A DNA stretch of 64,000 nt from Convolutriloba macropyga (GCF_964194025.1 NC_134478.1:33728001-33792000); one strand, 5' to 3'. Positions 1 through 13,406 are shown, counted from the first letter of the stretch. Notes: generated by a model from the sequence alone, not told the origin. Numbers and translations are program-made.

Positions 1-3000
1 AAGACCTATAGAAAAGCTCAAAATCAAAGAATGAAACATAACCGACTAACGTCAGGTGAATTGTTCTCAAACGACGGGCCAGCGGTTGGCTTCGTCAGTA
101 GCTAGCCACGATTTAGTGAGGCTAGCTTTAGATTAATTGAAGGGGCGTAAGGTGAGCGCAGCGGGGTGCACCGAAGCGGGGGTGCAAAACTGGATTGCGA
201 GCTGATGTGAAGGCGGTGGGTGGGTGGGAGTGTGTAATCAATTTCTAAGAACCGCCCTTCAGACCATAAGTATAAGTCTCTAAAACAGTTTCTGTTAATC
301 GCATACTTGAGACTAGTGGGCTGAACGGCTATAAGAGAACTTTATGCAAACTGGGCGCTACTTCTCTATCCCGCTTCTGAAGACGAAAGTCAAACAGGTA
401 AGACAAAAAGTCGACAAACCGATCGATCGCATAAAGGAGAAACAGGATTAATATATTTCCAACAAATTGCTTTTGAGAGCAATTCACAAAGATTTCCTAA
501 AAAGAGCCTGTTAAGTCACTTATGATAAAAACATTTCACCTATAACTCATTGTTAATGAAGATCAGAGATGATGAGATCACATAACAGCAGCTGAAGTGC
601 GGCATCAACAAAAGGAGAGTGTGTGAGAGAGAAAGAGAAGGAAAGAAACCCTAACCGACAGAGAGAAAGAGATAGGAATAATTTCCATGATGGGTTTCGA
701 CACTTAAACTTCTAGTTTTCTAGCCTTGTTAGTAAATAAATCATATAGAACTGATCAATTAACATAAATCATTACCATCATATATCCAATGAATTATAAA
801 ACTGAAAAAGTCAAAATTAAACACAAGGCTTCAACCTCGCAGTAAAAAAGTTCAAAACCATTTTTGTCTCAAAAGTTCTGTCAGGTAACCCACCTCCAAG
901 ACCTAAAAAGTTTCGTTGACCAGTAACGGTCGTTAAACTCAGAAAAGCATACAAAATAATGAAAAATTTTGGAAACAATTGCAAATTTTAAAAAATATTG
1001 CTAAAATTCAAGATATTCATATCTCAAGAACCATTTCATTGTCACACGAGACTATTCAGTATGCCAATTCCAAGCATGAAATAGTTTCACTGGCTCAAAA
1101 AGCCAGTGTAACTTGGAACATCCATACACTAGGAAAATTAAAAAAAATTCCAAAAATTTGAAAATTTCATATTTTATCCCAAAATTACCAGAACTGGAGT
1201 ATTAAAAATATTGATCAACAATCCATAACTCTAGAAACTATGCAGCAGCTTATTACCAAACCTTGGAGGATCCCCAGGTGCCGGAAAAAATCAAAAACAT
1301 GAAAAAATACAAATATTTTAAAAGCTTGAAAAACATTTTGTAAACATCTATAAACTATGAAGTTATATATTATCAGACCCTAGAGGAAGTTCTGTGGCTC
1401 CTGGGCCTAGACAAGCCTAGAAATGACAAAAATTTCAAAAACCTTAAAAAAAATGCAAGTTTTATCGAAAAAAATGCAAAGACTTGTGATAAAAAGTTGA
1501 AAATTAAACCATGTACAAAAATTTTCCAGTAATTTATTATCAAACACCAACGGAGGTTTTCTGACCCTTGAGATTCAAAAAAACCTGAATAATGACTACA
1601 AATATCAAAAAATTGACAAATGGCAAAAATTGTCGAAAAAACGCTAAAATTTGTGATGTTAATTTCTTGCAAGTCATTCATTACATCTGAAAACTATACA
1701 GTACGTATTTTCGAACCCTACGATCTTGAGGCTGAAAATACGATTCGTTCGCTCCCCGATTCCTTCGCTCTAGAGGCTGAAAAAGACTTGAAAAAATTCA
1801 AGAAAACTTGAAAAAGAAAGTTTTTAAAAAAAAGCTATAATTTGTGACATTAAAAAGTTGAAAAACTAGTCCATGGCCAATAAAAATTTGTTAGTATCTT
1901 CTTACCAAACCCCCTTAGGAGGTTCTCTGGTCCCCCGATCTGGAAAGAAGTGAATAAGGAAAAATTTTAAAATTTACAACTTTTGCCATTTTTTGTCAAT
2001 TTTTTGATATTTGTAGTAATTATTCAGGTTTTTTGAACCTCAAGGGTCAGAAATCCTCCGTTGGTGTTTGATAAATTACTGGAAAATTTGCACGCTTTGT
2101 AAAAATAAATGCTTAAAACTGAAAGCTAATAAGCTTAATACCAATGTCTGCTAGCAAACGCTCTAAAGAACATTGAGAACTTTCAATGACTTCATGACCG
2201 GGCTTTATCGGTTTATGCTGTCCCTTTTGATTTTGATCCTTTGACATAGACAGTATTCGCGACATTCCGTAATTGAATGCGTGAAAAATATTTAATTCAA
2301 TTGAAACAGTGAGTGAAAAGTCAAAAGTAAGTCAAAAGTCAAACGTAAAAATCGTAACTGGTGTAAAATGAAAAATCCGAAAAAGAGAATAACGAAATTA
2401 AAAAATGAGAGCGCCTAAATAGAACAAAAAAATAGCTCCAATAAGAGTGAAAAATGACGTCACGCCAGCAATTCAGTTGAAGTTGCATGACCGAATGATT
2501 AAGGACATTTGAAGTTATTGCGACGCTGTATAGTCGTAAAGAAACTCTTGACAACGAAATAAAAAAACCCAAGAGAAGGCCAATAATATCTCCAGCTATC
2601 GCTGCGTGGCTATTAATAAAAATTCTAATACGAAAAAACCTGAGAAAATTGTAAATTTGTGCTTGTTTCTCAGATACTGGCCAACTTTTCAGTGGTAACC
2701 CCAAGGAGTAACACCAAGAGAAAAGCTCAAAATCAAAGAATGAAAAATAACCGACTAACGTCAGGCGAATTGTTCTCAAACGACAGGCGAACTGTTGGCT
2801 TTGTCAGTAGCTAGCCACGGTTTAGTGAGGCTAGCTTTAGATTAATTGAAGGGGCGTAAGGTGAGCGCAGCGGGGCGCACCGAAGCGGGGGTGCAAAACT
2901 GGATTGGGAGCTGATGTGAAGGCGGTGGGTGGGTGGGAGTGTGTAATCAATTTCTAAGAACCGCCCTTCAGACCATAAGTATAAGTCTCTAAAACAGTTT

Positions 3001-4440
3001 CTGTTAATCGCATACTTGAGACTAGTGAACTGAACGGCTATAAGAGAACTTTATGCAAACTGGGCGCTACTTCTCTATACCGCTTCTGAAGAAGAAAGTC
3101 AAACAGGTACGACGAAAAGTCGGCCAACCGATCGATCGCATAAAGGAGAAACAGGATATATTTCCAACAAATTGCTTTTGAGAGCAATTCACAAAGATTT
3201 CCTAAAAAGAGCCTGTTAAGTCACTTATGATAAAAACAATTCACCTATACCTCGTTGTTAATGAAGATCAGAGATAATGAGATCACATAACAGCAGCTGA
3301 AGTGCGGCATCAACAAAAGGAGAGAGAGAGATAGTGTGTGAGAAAGAGAAGGAAAGAAACCCTAACCGACAGAGAGAAAGAGATAGGAATAATTTCCATG
3401 ATGGGTTTCGACACTGCAACTTCTAGTTTTCTAGCCTTGTTAGTAAATAAATCATATAGAACTGATCATTAAACATAAATCATTACCATCATATATCCAA
3501 TAAATCATTAAAACTGAAAAAGTCAAAATTAAACACAAGGCTTCAACTTCGCAGTAAAAAATGTTCAAAACCATTTTTTCCCCAAAAGTTCTGTCAAGTA
3601 ACCCACCTCCATGACTTAAAAAGTTTCGTTGACCAGTAATGGTCGTTAAACTTAGAAAAGCACAAAAAATATTGAAAAATTTGGAAACCATTGCAAATTT
3701 TAACAAATATTGCTAAAATTCAAGATATTTATATCTCAAACACCAATTCATTGTCTCAAGAGACTATTCAGTATGCCTGTTTCGATCATGAAATAGTTTC
3801 ACTGGCTCAAAAAGCCAGTGAAACTTGGAACATCCTTACACTTGGAACATTAAAATTTCAAAAATTTGAAAAATTTCAAATTTTATCCGAAAATTACCAG
3901 AACTCTAGAAACTATGCAGCAGCTTATTATCAAACCTTGGAGGAGCCCCTGGTACCGGAAAAAACCAAAAACTTTTCCAGTAATTTATTATCAAACACCA
4001 ACGGAGGTTTTCTGACCCTTGAGATTCAAAAAACCTGAATAATGACTATTAAATGTCAAAAAATTGACAAATGGCAAAAATTGTCAACACAATGCTAAAA
4101 TTCGTGATGTTAACTTCTTGCAAGACATTGCATTACATCTGGAAATTATACAGTACGTATTTTCGAAACCTAGAGGAGGTTCCTTTGCTCTTGAGGCTGA
4201 AAAAACCCAAAAAAAAATGAAAGAAACTTGAAAGAAAGCAAATTTTTAAAATGCTAAAAATTTGTGACCTTGAAAAGTTGAAAAATTAGTCCAGTGCCCA
4301 AAAAAAATTGTTAGTATCTTACTATCAAAACCCCTTAGGAGGTTCTCTGGTCCCTGGATCTGGAAAGACGTGAATAAGGAAAAATGTTAAAAATTTGAAA
4401 AATTGCACGCTTTGTAAAAAAATGCTTAAAATCGTGATGT
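1..4440. repeat. Direct segmental duplication (~1..2120 repeated at ~2710..4440, offset ~2709 bp); includes a HINE-B copy and a degenerate ~130-180 bp tandem repeat
   Basis: Near-identical sequence at 11-1180 and 2720-3900. Recurring diverged unit 'aaactatgcag...taccaaacc.tagaggaggttctctgg' at ~1230, 1350, 1690, 1900, 3905, 4145, 4320, 4470. Confidence 0.9.
41..484 (-). mobile_element. Non-autonomous Helentron-type element (HINE family B); further copies at 2750-3189, ~4610-4942, 11266-11653, 14022-14227, ~14690-14920, fragment 8073-8102
   Basis: Subterminal inverted repeats AATTGCTCTCAAACGA...TCGTTTGAGAGCAATT. A short CCGAC-taac-GTC(a)GG stem-loop lies just outside one subTIR. An AATTGCT...AGCAATT fold-back marks the other end in the best copies (e.g. 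32055-32083). This is the DINE-1/HINE layout. Confidence 0.75.
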
Positions 4441-7018
4441 TAAAAGGTTGAAACCATTCCATTACCACTAGAAACTATGCAGTAACACAATATTAAAACC
4501 TAGAGGAGGTGTCTTGACACCTAGGGCTAATGAAAATCGAAAAATGTCAAAAATTTTCAAGAAGCTTGGAAAAAATTGTGCAAAACAGTATAAATTTTGT
4601 GTTTTTGGCCAGCGGTTGTTCGTCAGTACCTAGAAACGGGGTGCATAGAGGACTGATGAGGGGCAACAGTGGGGTGGGGGAGGGGGTAAGCGCTCGGGGG
4701 GTCTACAGTGGAGGGGTCTTCAACCTCTAAGAACCGCCCTATAGTTCACACCATAAGTCTCCAAAAGAGTTTGAGCTGAAACAGAGCTGAAAGGTTCTAA
4801 GAGCACTTCATACCCGCTGGGCGCTACTTGTTTATCCCGTTTTGAGGACGGAAAGCGTCAGACAAAAAATCAACGAAGCGAAAAAATGCTTAAAGACCGA
4901 AAGGACTAATATGATTGCTACACACTTCGTTTGAGAGCAATTATCAAGAAAAACTACAGCGAGAAGCACAAAATAAGAAGACAAAAAACTTAAGAAATAA
5001 GCGAATTAAAAAACATAGCACGACAAGTACTCACGGTCAATTCCATGAATTTTCATTGATTAAACAAAAAACTAGATCTAGAATGGACTATAATTGAATT
5101 GGAGAAACCATTTCTAAAAAATCATTAAAAAATTTAAACAGAAAATAAATGTCAAAATGCCGCATGTGAACCAAAAAACCACAAACGAGAAAAAGAAATT
5201 TGGTTTTGCTCCAACAAAAAACTAAGCCCAGGTTGAACTATGAATGGATTGGGAAAACCATTAAGAAAACAATCCGATCCAAAAAAATCGAAAAAAAGCC
5301 CGATCCAAAATAATCGAAAAAATCAAAAATCCACTAGCGAAAAACCAATATTAGTTTAAACACCGTTTTCTCACTGTACTTTAAAAATGGAACAAAACAT
5401 TTCACGCAAAACCACTCGCTTTTTTGCTCCACTTTTTGTTTCGGCGTGACTTAAATCACTACTCCAACTTCAAAAATCATGAAAAAGTGTGAACAGACCT
5501 TAAAAAAACATAGCCGGAAGAATTCGGGAAAGGACTCCCAGGAAAAAAAACTAACGCCCCTAACTAACATGAAGCTTATCCTACTGAAAGATCACAAAAA
5601 CTAACAAAGCTAATTCTACTGAATAACACTAACCACTCTGAAACAAGAAAATGAATAAGAACAATGAAGAAGTATCTGACCAGAAAAGATGATAAAGCAT
5701 GGGATAAAAATATCACGTTGCAAGTTTAAGAAAACAACTTTTGGCAAAAACCTATGCGATACATTTATTTTTAATTCGTTGAACCACTGCAAAATGAGAG
5801 AAAAACCCAACAAAATTTTCAAGTAGAGAAACTAAATGAAGAACAAAACCAATATTCTCTGTAAAACTGCAACAAAAATTAGCCGCAAATTATGGATCAA
5901 CTGCCATTATGCTGAATCCAAATCATTATCTGAGCAAACTGTTAATACTTCTTCTGGTCATGCGTTATAATCACACAATCAGAGAATTTTAGCAAAAATA
6001 AGCAAAACACGAAATTTCGCTGAAATCTGCATGAAAATTATCATTATCATTACACATTAGCATTATCATTACCAAAACGACTCTCAACTTAATCAAAACC
6101 ACTAACATGCAGCAAAAACAACTTATTTGGACTATAGGCATCCCCAAATCCTATACAAACTTGAATACAAAAAGCATTTAAAAACAACTTCAAAATCTTT
6201 TAAAAATTTATGCATTTTTTTATTTCACACGAGCACATAGAACCAAAAAACGTCCATTGGAGCAAATAGAGCATTGAAAAGCTTCAAAAACAAAAGGCAA
6301 GTAAAATAGGCAAAGAAACTTTTCTAAGATAAGAAAAAACAGAAACCAGCAAAAAATAATTTCTTACTTCATTGTCATTTTTCATTAAAAAAAATCGTTT
6401 AACACCAATCAAAATAGCTGAAAAATCTGCAAATTGGTATAAAATTCACATTAAGACCAGAAACCTACAAAACACTATCAAAACAACCCTACAACAATAC
6501 AAAATCATAATCAAACTTCTAAACCAAAAAAAATGAAAAACGGTTTTAAAAAGCCGCATACGGAAATTTTTTCACACCTCAATTTCTCGCTGTTTCGAAA
6601 ACAGCGGAGTGGACAAAAAACCACTCTCTTTTCGCTCCGCTCTTCAGTTTTGTTCAGCACCCAAACCATTCTAAAAATTTTTACGCGCTTCATTTCCTGC
6701 TTCAAAATTCACTCCAACGAAAGTGATTAAAAAAAGGACTTCTTCAATACTCCTCTTCCAGTCGTAATAAAAAGACAGCGCCGCAATACAATTCAAATTC
6801 TTTGAATTGCAAAAACCACGAACACCGCAATATAGCTCCGTTCATCTTACAGCTTCGTAGCTATAAAAATAATGACATCATTTTTATATCACGAATTTGT
6901 AGCTGCCTGGTGTCCCCGAACCAATGAAAAATGCTGTGCACAGCAATGTCTTACTTTATTTTACACGTCTTCAGTAGTTTCGTTACACGTCTTCAAAAAA
7001 AAATACAAAAAAAGACAA

Positions 7019-8058
7019 ACATACCCGGCAGATTGCCGGAAAATAGCCGCCGTTGATTCCCATAACCAAGATTGGGATTGAAAGAAGAAATAAACTAAGG
7101 AAATGATTTTTGTACAAACAATTATAAACTGCGAACTAATTTGATGTCATTTTGGAGCTGAACATACTACTGAGACCACACAAGGACTAGTATCAATACC
7201 AATAAGCATTAGAGATGGTATCTATGAACAAAGTTCGAGTAACAGGAATCTAAAATCGGGCTTTATCCAGTTTCTATTTCTGATTTTGTTATTTGATACT
7301 GGCTCTGTTCATTTTGAATTGCATTGCTGAGCAACTGCTGTCCAAAAACACTTTTAGCAGTATGAGAGAAGAGTGAAACTAGTTTAAAGAAGTCAAAAAG
7401 ATTTCACGCAAAATGTTGAACAAGCTTTGAACTAAGGTAAAGCAAAAAATTTTTATTCGACAAGTAAAAACATAGCGGGACAAGTCCTGGCGTACAATTC
7501 AAAGAAAGTTCATTGACTCAACAAAAACTACACCTAGAACGGATTATGACTGAAGTGGGAAAACCATTTCCAAAAAAAATCAGATTAAAAAAAATTTAAA
7601 AGAAGTGATAATCAATGTCAAAATTCCGCATGTGAACAAAAACCACTAAAAGACAGTTGGTTCAAACAAAAAATAGGCCTAGAATAAACTTTGAATGGAT
7701 TGGGAAAACCACCTAGAAAAAACCGATCAAAAAATCGAAAAACACTGTAAAAATCAAAGTAAAATTGCCGCATGTGAACAAAAATCCACTAGCGAGAAAA
7801 CCAATTTTTGTTTAAACACCGTTTTCTCACTCTTTAAAATTAGAGTGAGAAAATTTTTCGCCGCAAAACCACTCGCTTTTTCGCTCTACTTTCTGTTTCG
7901 GCGTGACCAAAATCAATACTCCAATTTGACTTCAAAAATCATAAAAATCTGTGAGCAGATCTTAAAAAGACAGCGCCCCAATGCAATTCAAAAATTTTTG
8001 AATTGTAAAAGAAATTAGGAGCGCTAAAATAGCCGGCTGAGAAGCTGAGGCGGCTATT
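7019..8058 (-). mobile_element. Non-autonomous Helentron-type element (HINE family A), long variant
   Basis: Minus-strand 5' end TT-AATAGCCGCC...CGGCTATT (subTIR plus fold-back). 3' end GGCGGCTATT-tt-CCGGCAATCTGCCGG hairpin-GTATGTTT. Confidence 0.8.
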
Positions 8059-8279
8059 AAACAGGGCTTAAATAATTGCTACAAGCTTCGTTTGAGAGAA
8101 ATCCTGATTGTATTTAAGCAAAAGATCATGAGCAATAAAAGCCCTCTCAATCGCTACTCGTATATTGGTGATAACGAGAGGTAAACGCCTAATAAAAATG
8201 TAAGATTTAGACGTCCGGTAACTTAAGACTTATCATTGACTTAACTTTTACAGTAAATACAGGTCAAAATGTGACTTAC

Positions 8280-8555
8280 GACAATGTTGCGTTTCTCAGC
8301 TTGTGCCTTGTTGCGCAGGTGAGGTGGCACATACTTCTTCTCAGTGGCCTCCTGCACCTGCAGGTCTTGAAGACTGATGGCGCTGAACTGGAGCTCTCTG
8401 GGAGGGTATTGCTCTTTGGAGTTGCGTTGCTGCCAGCACACTTGCCAGAACTCAAAGTTGCTTCCACCCCTGGCACCTGCACTCAGCCCAGCACGACCCA
8501 TATCTTCCTTCAGCCTGCGCCCCTGGTAGTCGTAAATCGCCCATTTATTGTCCAC
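8280..8555 (-). CDS. EIF2A: eIF2A coding exon 7 (VDNKWAIYDYQG...EFWQVCWQ...KKYVPPHLRNK...); reading frame open at the donor, further exon(s) not found in the window
   Basis: Matches human VNNGYKIWHYTG...ELWQVSWQ...AYRPPALRNK. Acceptor ttttag|GTG and donor GTC|GTAAGT; 276 nt. Confidence 0.92.
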
Positions 8556-8672
8556 CTAAAACAAAGTTACAATATAATCTAAAATGGAACTTCAATAGTA
8601 CAGCTGCTCAAACGAAATGAGGTCTGAGATACCTCTTTTTATACTGCCAGACATTTCTTACGTTGGTAATTC

Positions 8673-8785
8673 GCGTCTTTTCCACTGTAGCCCCCCCCCC
8701 CCCCCTCGCTTAGTGGTCATTAAACATATAGCCTCCTGAAATTAACGTAAATCATGCCATCATGGGGCAATAATGGGAAGGACCC
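8673..8785. mobile_element. ~113-bp MITE (degenerate copy, inverted relative to 32728-32841)
   Basis: Imperfect TIR GCGTCTTTTCCACTGTAGCCC / GGGCAATAATGGGAAGGACCC. Internal 'gcttagtggtca' is shared in reverse with the 32728 copy. Confidence 0.65.
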
Positions 8786-8910
8786 TTAATCTAATACCAC
8801 GAATGTACTTACAGTTAAGTAATTACAGTCCATACAATGAAAACCTTGAAACATTACCGAAAAAGTGTTCATGTTATTTATTCTGGTGCTCACAACATAT
8901 TGGTTGATAC

Positions 8911-9179
8911 CTTGAGTGTGGGTGAATGGGTTGCTAGCAGTAATCTCTCCCCACATGGAGACCATTCAAACAGCGTGATGTCAGCGAAGTCAATAATTTT
9001 GGCAATAAGACTGAGGGTGGGCCTGTGCCAGATCTCCACGTTGCTTCGGATAGCACCATGTCCGTAGAGAGCCAACAAATGGCCTTGGGGCGAGAAGCGA
9101 CAGGCGCTCCGCAGTCCAGTGCCAAAATCGTAGACTGAACTGCACTTGGAATTGAATAGCGACGCCTTTGAAGGCATAT
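8911..9179 (-). CDS. EIF2A: eIF2A coding exon 6 (MPSKASLFNSKCSSVYDFGTGLRS...FSPQGHLL...FEWSPCGERLLLATHSPTLK)
   Basis: Matches human MPAKATIFNLKC..VFDFGTGPRN...WCPDGEHILTATCAPRLR. Acceptor ttttag|AT and donor AAG|GTATC; 269 nt, phases 1 to 0. Confidence 0.96.
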
Positions 9180-9377
9180 CTAAAACAAAACAAAACATTG
9201 ACCTTTTTATCATAAAGTTACAGGATGAGTGTTATCTACAAATGTATTATTTAGAACAGCTATGTTTCGCAAGGTTTAGAACCGAATCATCCACTTAATT
9301 TGACCTTGAAATAGAGAACGATTCAACTCTCTCCCCACAGAAAATACAGCATGCGTCTAATTGAGAGCTAAAAACAA

Positions 9378-11653
9378 ACATACCTGACGAATTGCCGGAA
9401 AATAGCCGCCATTGATTCCCTTAACTCTATTGGGATTGAAAGAAATATCAACAAAAATTGATTTTTGTATAAAAATGTTTTTAAGTGCGATTTATTTTGA
9501 TGTCATTTCGTAATTGAACATACTCCTGTCTCTCAGTGAGAGGCTACAGGGTCTAGTATCAATACCAATAAGCATCATAGACAGTAAATAAAACTTATGA
9601 GAACAAAGTTCAAGTACCTGGCATATAAAAATGGGCTTTATGGGTTTATTCCGTTTCTATTTCTGACTTTAATTTTTTATACTGACTCTCTTCATTTTGA
9701 ATTGCTTTGCTGAGCAGCTGCTGTTTAAAAGGACTTTGAGAAGAATGACAGAAGAGTTAAACTAGCCTAGAGAAGTCAAAAAGATTTCACGCAAAATGTT
9801 GAAAAAGCGCGAATATGGGTAAAGCGAAAAAGTTTGACAAAGTAAAAAACATAGCAGGACAAGTCCTGACGTACAATTCAAAGAATTTTCATTGACTAAA
9901 CAGAAAACTAGACCTAGAACGGACTATGAATGGATTGGGAAAACCATTTAGAAAAAATATCCGATCCGAAAAATCGAAAAAAAATCAAAGTGAAATTCCC
10001 GCATGTGAACAAAAAACCACTAGCGAGAAAGCGAATTTTTGTTCAAACACCGTTTTCTCACTCTACTTTAAATTTAGAGCGAAAAAATTTCACGCCGCAA
10101 ATCCACTCGCTTTTTCGCTCCACTTCCTGTTCCGGCGTGACCAAAATCACTACTCCAATTTGACTTCAAAAATCATGAAAATGTGTGAACAGATCTTAAA
10201 AAAAGACAGCGCCCCAATAAAATTCAAATTCTTTGAATTGTAAAAAATTAGGAGCGCTATAATAGCCGGCTGAGAAGATGAGGGCGGCTATTAAAAACAT
10301 ACCCGGCAGATTGCCGGAAAATAGCCGCCGTTGATTCCAATAAGCATGATTGGGATTGAAATAACAGAAGTTATTGAAAAAAAAAAGATTTTTGTGCAAA
10401 AACATTTTTTTAAGTCCGATTTATTTTGATGGCATTTCGTGGTTGAACATACTTCTGTTTCAGAGAGAGGCTACAGGGGCTACTATCAATACCAATAAGC
10501 ATTAGAGATGGTAACTAAGACTTATAGGAACGACGTTCAATTAGCGGGCATCTAAAATTGGGCTTTATGGGTTTATCCCGTTTCTACTTCTGACTTCAAT
10601 TTTTTATACTGACTCTGTTCATTTTGAATTGCTTTGCTGAGCAACTGATGTTCAAAATCACTTTTAGCAGAATGAGAGAAGAGAGAAACTAGCCTAGAGA
10701 AGTCAAAAAGATTTCACGCAAAATGTTGAAAAGGCGGCAAAATGAGGTAAAGCGAAACATTTTTTTATTCGACGAAGTAAAAAAAAAATAGGAGCGCTAT
10801 AATAGCCGGCTGAGAAGATGAGGGCGGCTATTAAAAACGAATAAAAGTTGATTGTACAAAAATTTTTTTGAAGTGCAAGCTATTTCGCTTGGACAGACAT
10901 CCTCCTCTTTCTCAAGCAGAGGATACATAGATTGGTATTCATACCAATAAATATTAGACCTGGTAGCTAAGACTAATAAAAACACAGTCCGAACACGGGA
11001 CATCTAAAACTGAGCTTTATGGGTTTATATCGTTTCTATGTTCTTCATTCATTTTAGATTGCTCTGCTGAGGCAAATGCTGTTTTAAACCACTTCCAGTA
11101 GAACGAACGTAGAGTAAAACTAGCCCATATAAGTTTAGAAGATAACACGCAAAATAACAAAATGGTAAAATGAAGTAAAACGAAGCAGATTTTTGTCTAG
11201 CGAAGTAAAAGAAACAATAAGACCGCTATTATAGCCGGTTGAGATGAAGGTGGCTATTAAACATAATCGACTAATGTAGATGCATTGCTCTCAAATGATC
11301 AGCGAGCAATTGGCTTCAGTAGTAGCCAGCTAGGGCTTCCTGATGACAGCATTAAGGTGGGCTGGACTTGACGATGCGTGTCAAACTTCTAAGAACCGCT
11401 CTTCGCACAATGAATTTATGTCTCCTCAACAGTCTCGGTGAGTCGCAGAATCTTAGAGACTAGTAAGGCGTAAAGCTCTAAGAGAGCTGCTCGGTAACAT
11501 AATTCCCTCCGGGCTTTACCGGCTTAATCCGTTTCCGAGGACAAGAAGTGGACATGTCAATGTTAAAATAACGCTAAATAGGTCAAGCGAAAAATCGCAT
11601 TAAAACGACCACAATACAAATACATTTGCTACCAACTTCGTTTACGAGCAATT
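9378..11653 (-). mobile_element. Head-to-tail chain of HINEs: family A 9378-10292, 10297-10832, degenerate 10840-11258, then family B 11266-11653
   Basis: Termini abut directly: 'ggcggctattaaaaacatacccggcagattgccgg' at 10283-10318 and 'ggtggctattaaacataatcgactaatg' at 11249-11276. Confidence 0.8.
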
Positions 11654-12866
11654 AAAAATAAAGTCAGATCAACTCTTCTGTTAGCAAATGCTGGGGGATT
11701 GGTTCTACTGTACCCTGCTTCATTAGGGCCTCGGGTAGGGCAGGGATAAGAGATCTCCATAATAGATTATAGGCCGCTAAGATTATTTGAAATGAACCCC
11801 TTTCAACAATAAACGAATTATATTCGCGTTTAGTAGCACGCTGTTGCCAATTGGAGTTCACTGGCTGCTCATAATTTTGAGTGAGAACAATTTAGATCAA
11901 GCAAAACTCGGATGTCACGGATGTCAAAGTCAACTGAAAAAGTCAAAACGATCAGGAGAAACATTTTGCATTAACATAGAAACATTTTGCATTAAAAAAA
12001 CATTGAAAGACTCCATTCTATAGACGAAGCCAAGGCTTGTACTATCTAAACAACTAAGGTTCGTACAACCTAACCTCACTTCAAAAACAAGTCATTCTTT
12101 AGGAAATCTAGAATTAATATTACTATCGTAAAAACAATGACAAATATTATTATACAGAGAATACAAACAATGTTAATATCCAGTTTCTCTCTGAAAACGA
12201 CCCGCTCATTAAGGCTCTACTCAACTGACTTTCCTTCAAATACTACCGAACTAAGGCGACAAACAATGCTTAGAAAAAATATAAGCAACGGGTCTTTATT
12301 ACAAAAGAGATCCCCTTTAGTTTATTGTCTTCCGCAATAAAAATCCCATCCAACTTGGTCAAAACAAAATTGACTGGAGGTTTTGGAAAGAAAACAATTA
12401 TTGCCAAAAAACTCACACAAATACGACCCTCGAAGATTAAAAATGGTGAAAACCTAAAAGATTGATAAATCGGAAAACATATTTCAAAACGTTAACATTA
12501 AATTGATTAGAATACATGAAACACTACTTTAAAGTAAAAAACAAGCTATAAAATCAGGTGAGCAACTATTCAATAGTATTGAACTATTCTGAGACAGCAA
12601 AAAAAATGTTTAAGAGCCTCAATAGGTGAATACGGGAAATCAACCCAATTCAATGAACAAATATTCGAGTCCAAATCAATTCAACTTAATGTGTCCAATA
12701 AAACCTTGGATGAAAATAAATCTCGCAAAAATGTACAAAAATTAGTAGAAAGACAACTCCTTTGATAATTAATAAATCCGAACAGATAATCAAAGAGACT
12801 GGAATTGGATGAGTTTGGCACAAACGCCGATAAATAAAATAACTAAAATTTGGCCCGAATCAAATA

Positions 12867-13406
12867 ACATACCCTAAAGATTGCCGGAAAATAGCCGCCG
12901 TTGATTCCAATAAGCATGATTGGGCTTGAAAGAATAGAAGATATTGAAAAAAAAAAGATTTTTGTACAAAAACATTTTTTAAGTCCGATTTATTTTGATG
13001 GCATTTCGTAGTTGAACATAACGTACTTCTGTTTCTTAGAGAGAGGCTACAGGGGCTACTATCAATACCAATAAGCATTAGAGATGGTAACTAAGACTTA
13101 TAGGAACGACGTTCAAATAGCGGGCATCTAAAATTGGGCTTTATGGGTTTATCCCGTTTCTACTTCTGACTTCAATTTTTTATACTGACTCTGTTCATTT
13201 TGAATTGCTTTGCTGAGCAACTGATGTTCAAAATCACTTTTAGCAGAATGAGAGAAGAGAGAAACTAGCCTACAGAAGTCAAAAAGATTTCACGCAAAAT
13301 GTTGAAAAAGCGGCAAAATGAGGTAAAGCGAAACATTTTTTTATTCGACGAAGTAAAAAAAATAGGAGCGCTATAATAGCCGGCTGAGAAGATGAGGGCG
13401 GCTATT
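12867..13406 (-). mobile_element. HINE family A, short variant, nearly identical to 10297-10832
   Basis: Same termini and an almost identical interior to the 10297-10832 copy. Confidence 0.82.

Noticed and set aside
41-484. Classical MITE interpretation of the AATTGCTCTCAAACGA family
   Set aside because: The inverted repeats are subterminal with a conserved stem-loop outside one of them and no consistent TSD, which fits Helentron/HINE better.
8271-9067. Plus-strand ORFs overlapping eIF2A exons (also 15907-16179)
   Set aside because: Antisense shadows of GC-richer exons with no recognisable motifs.
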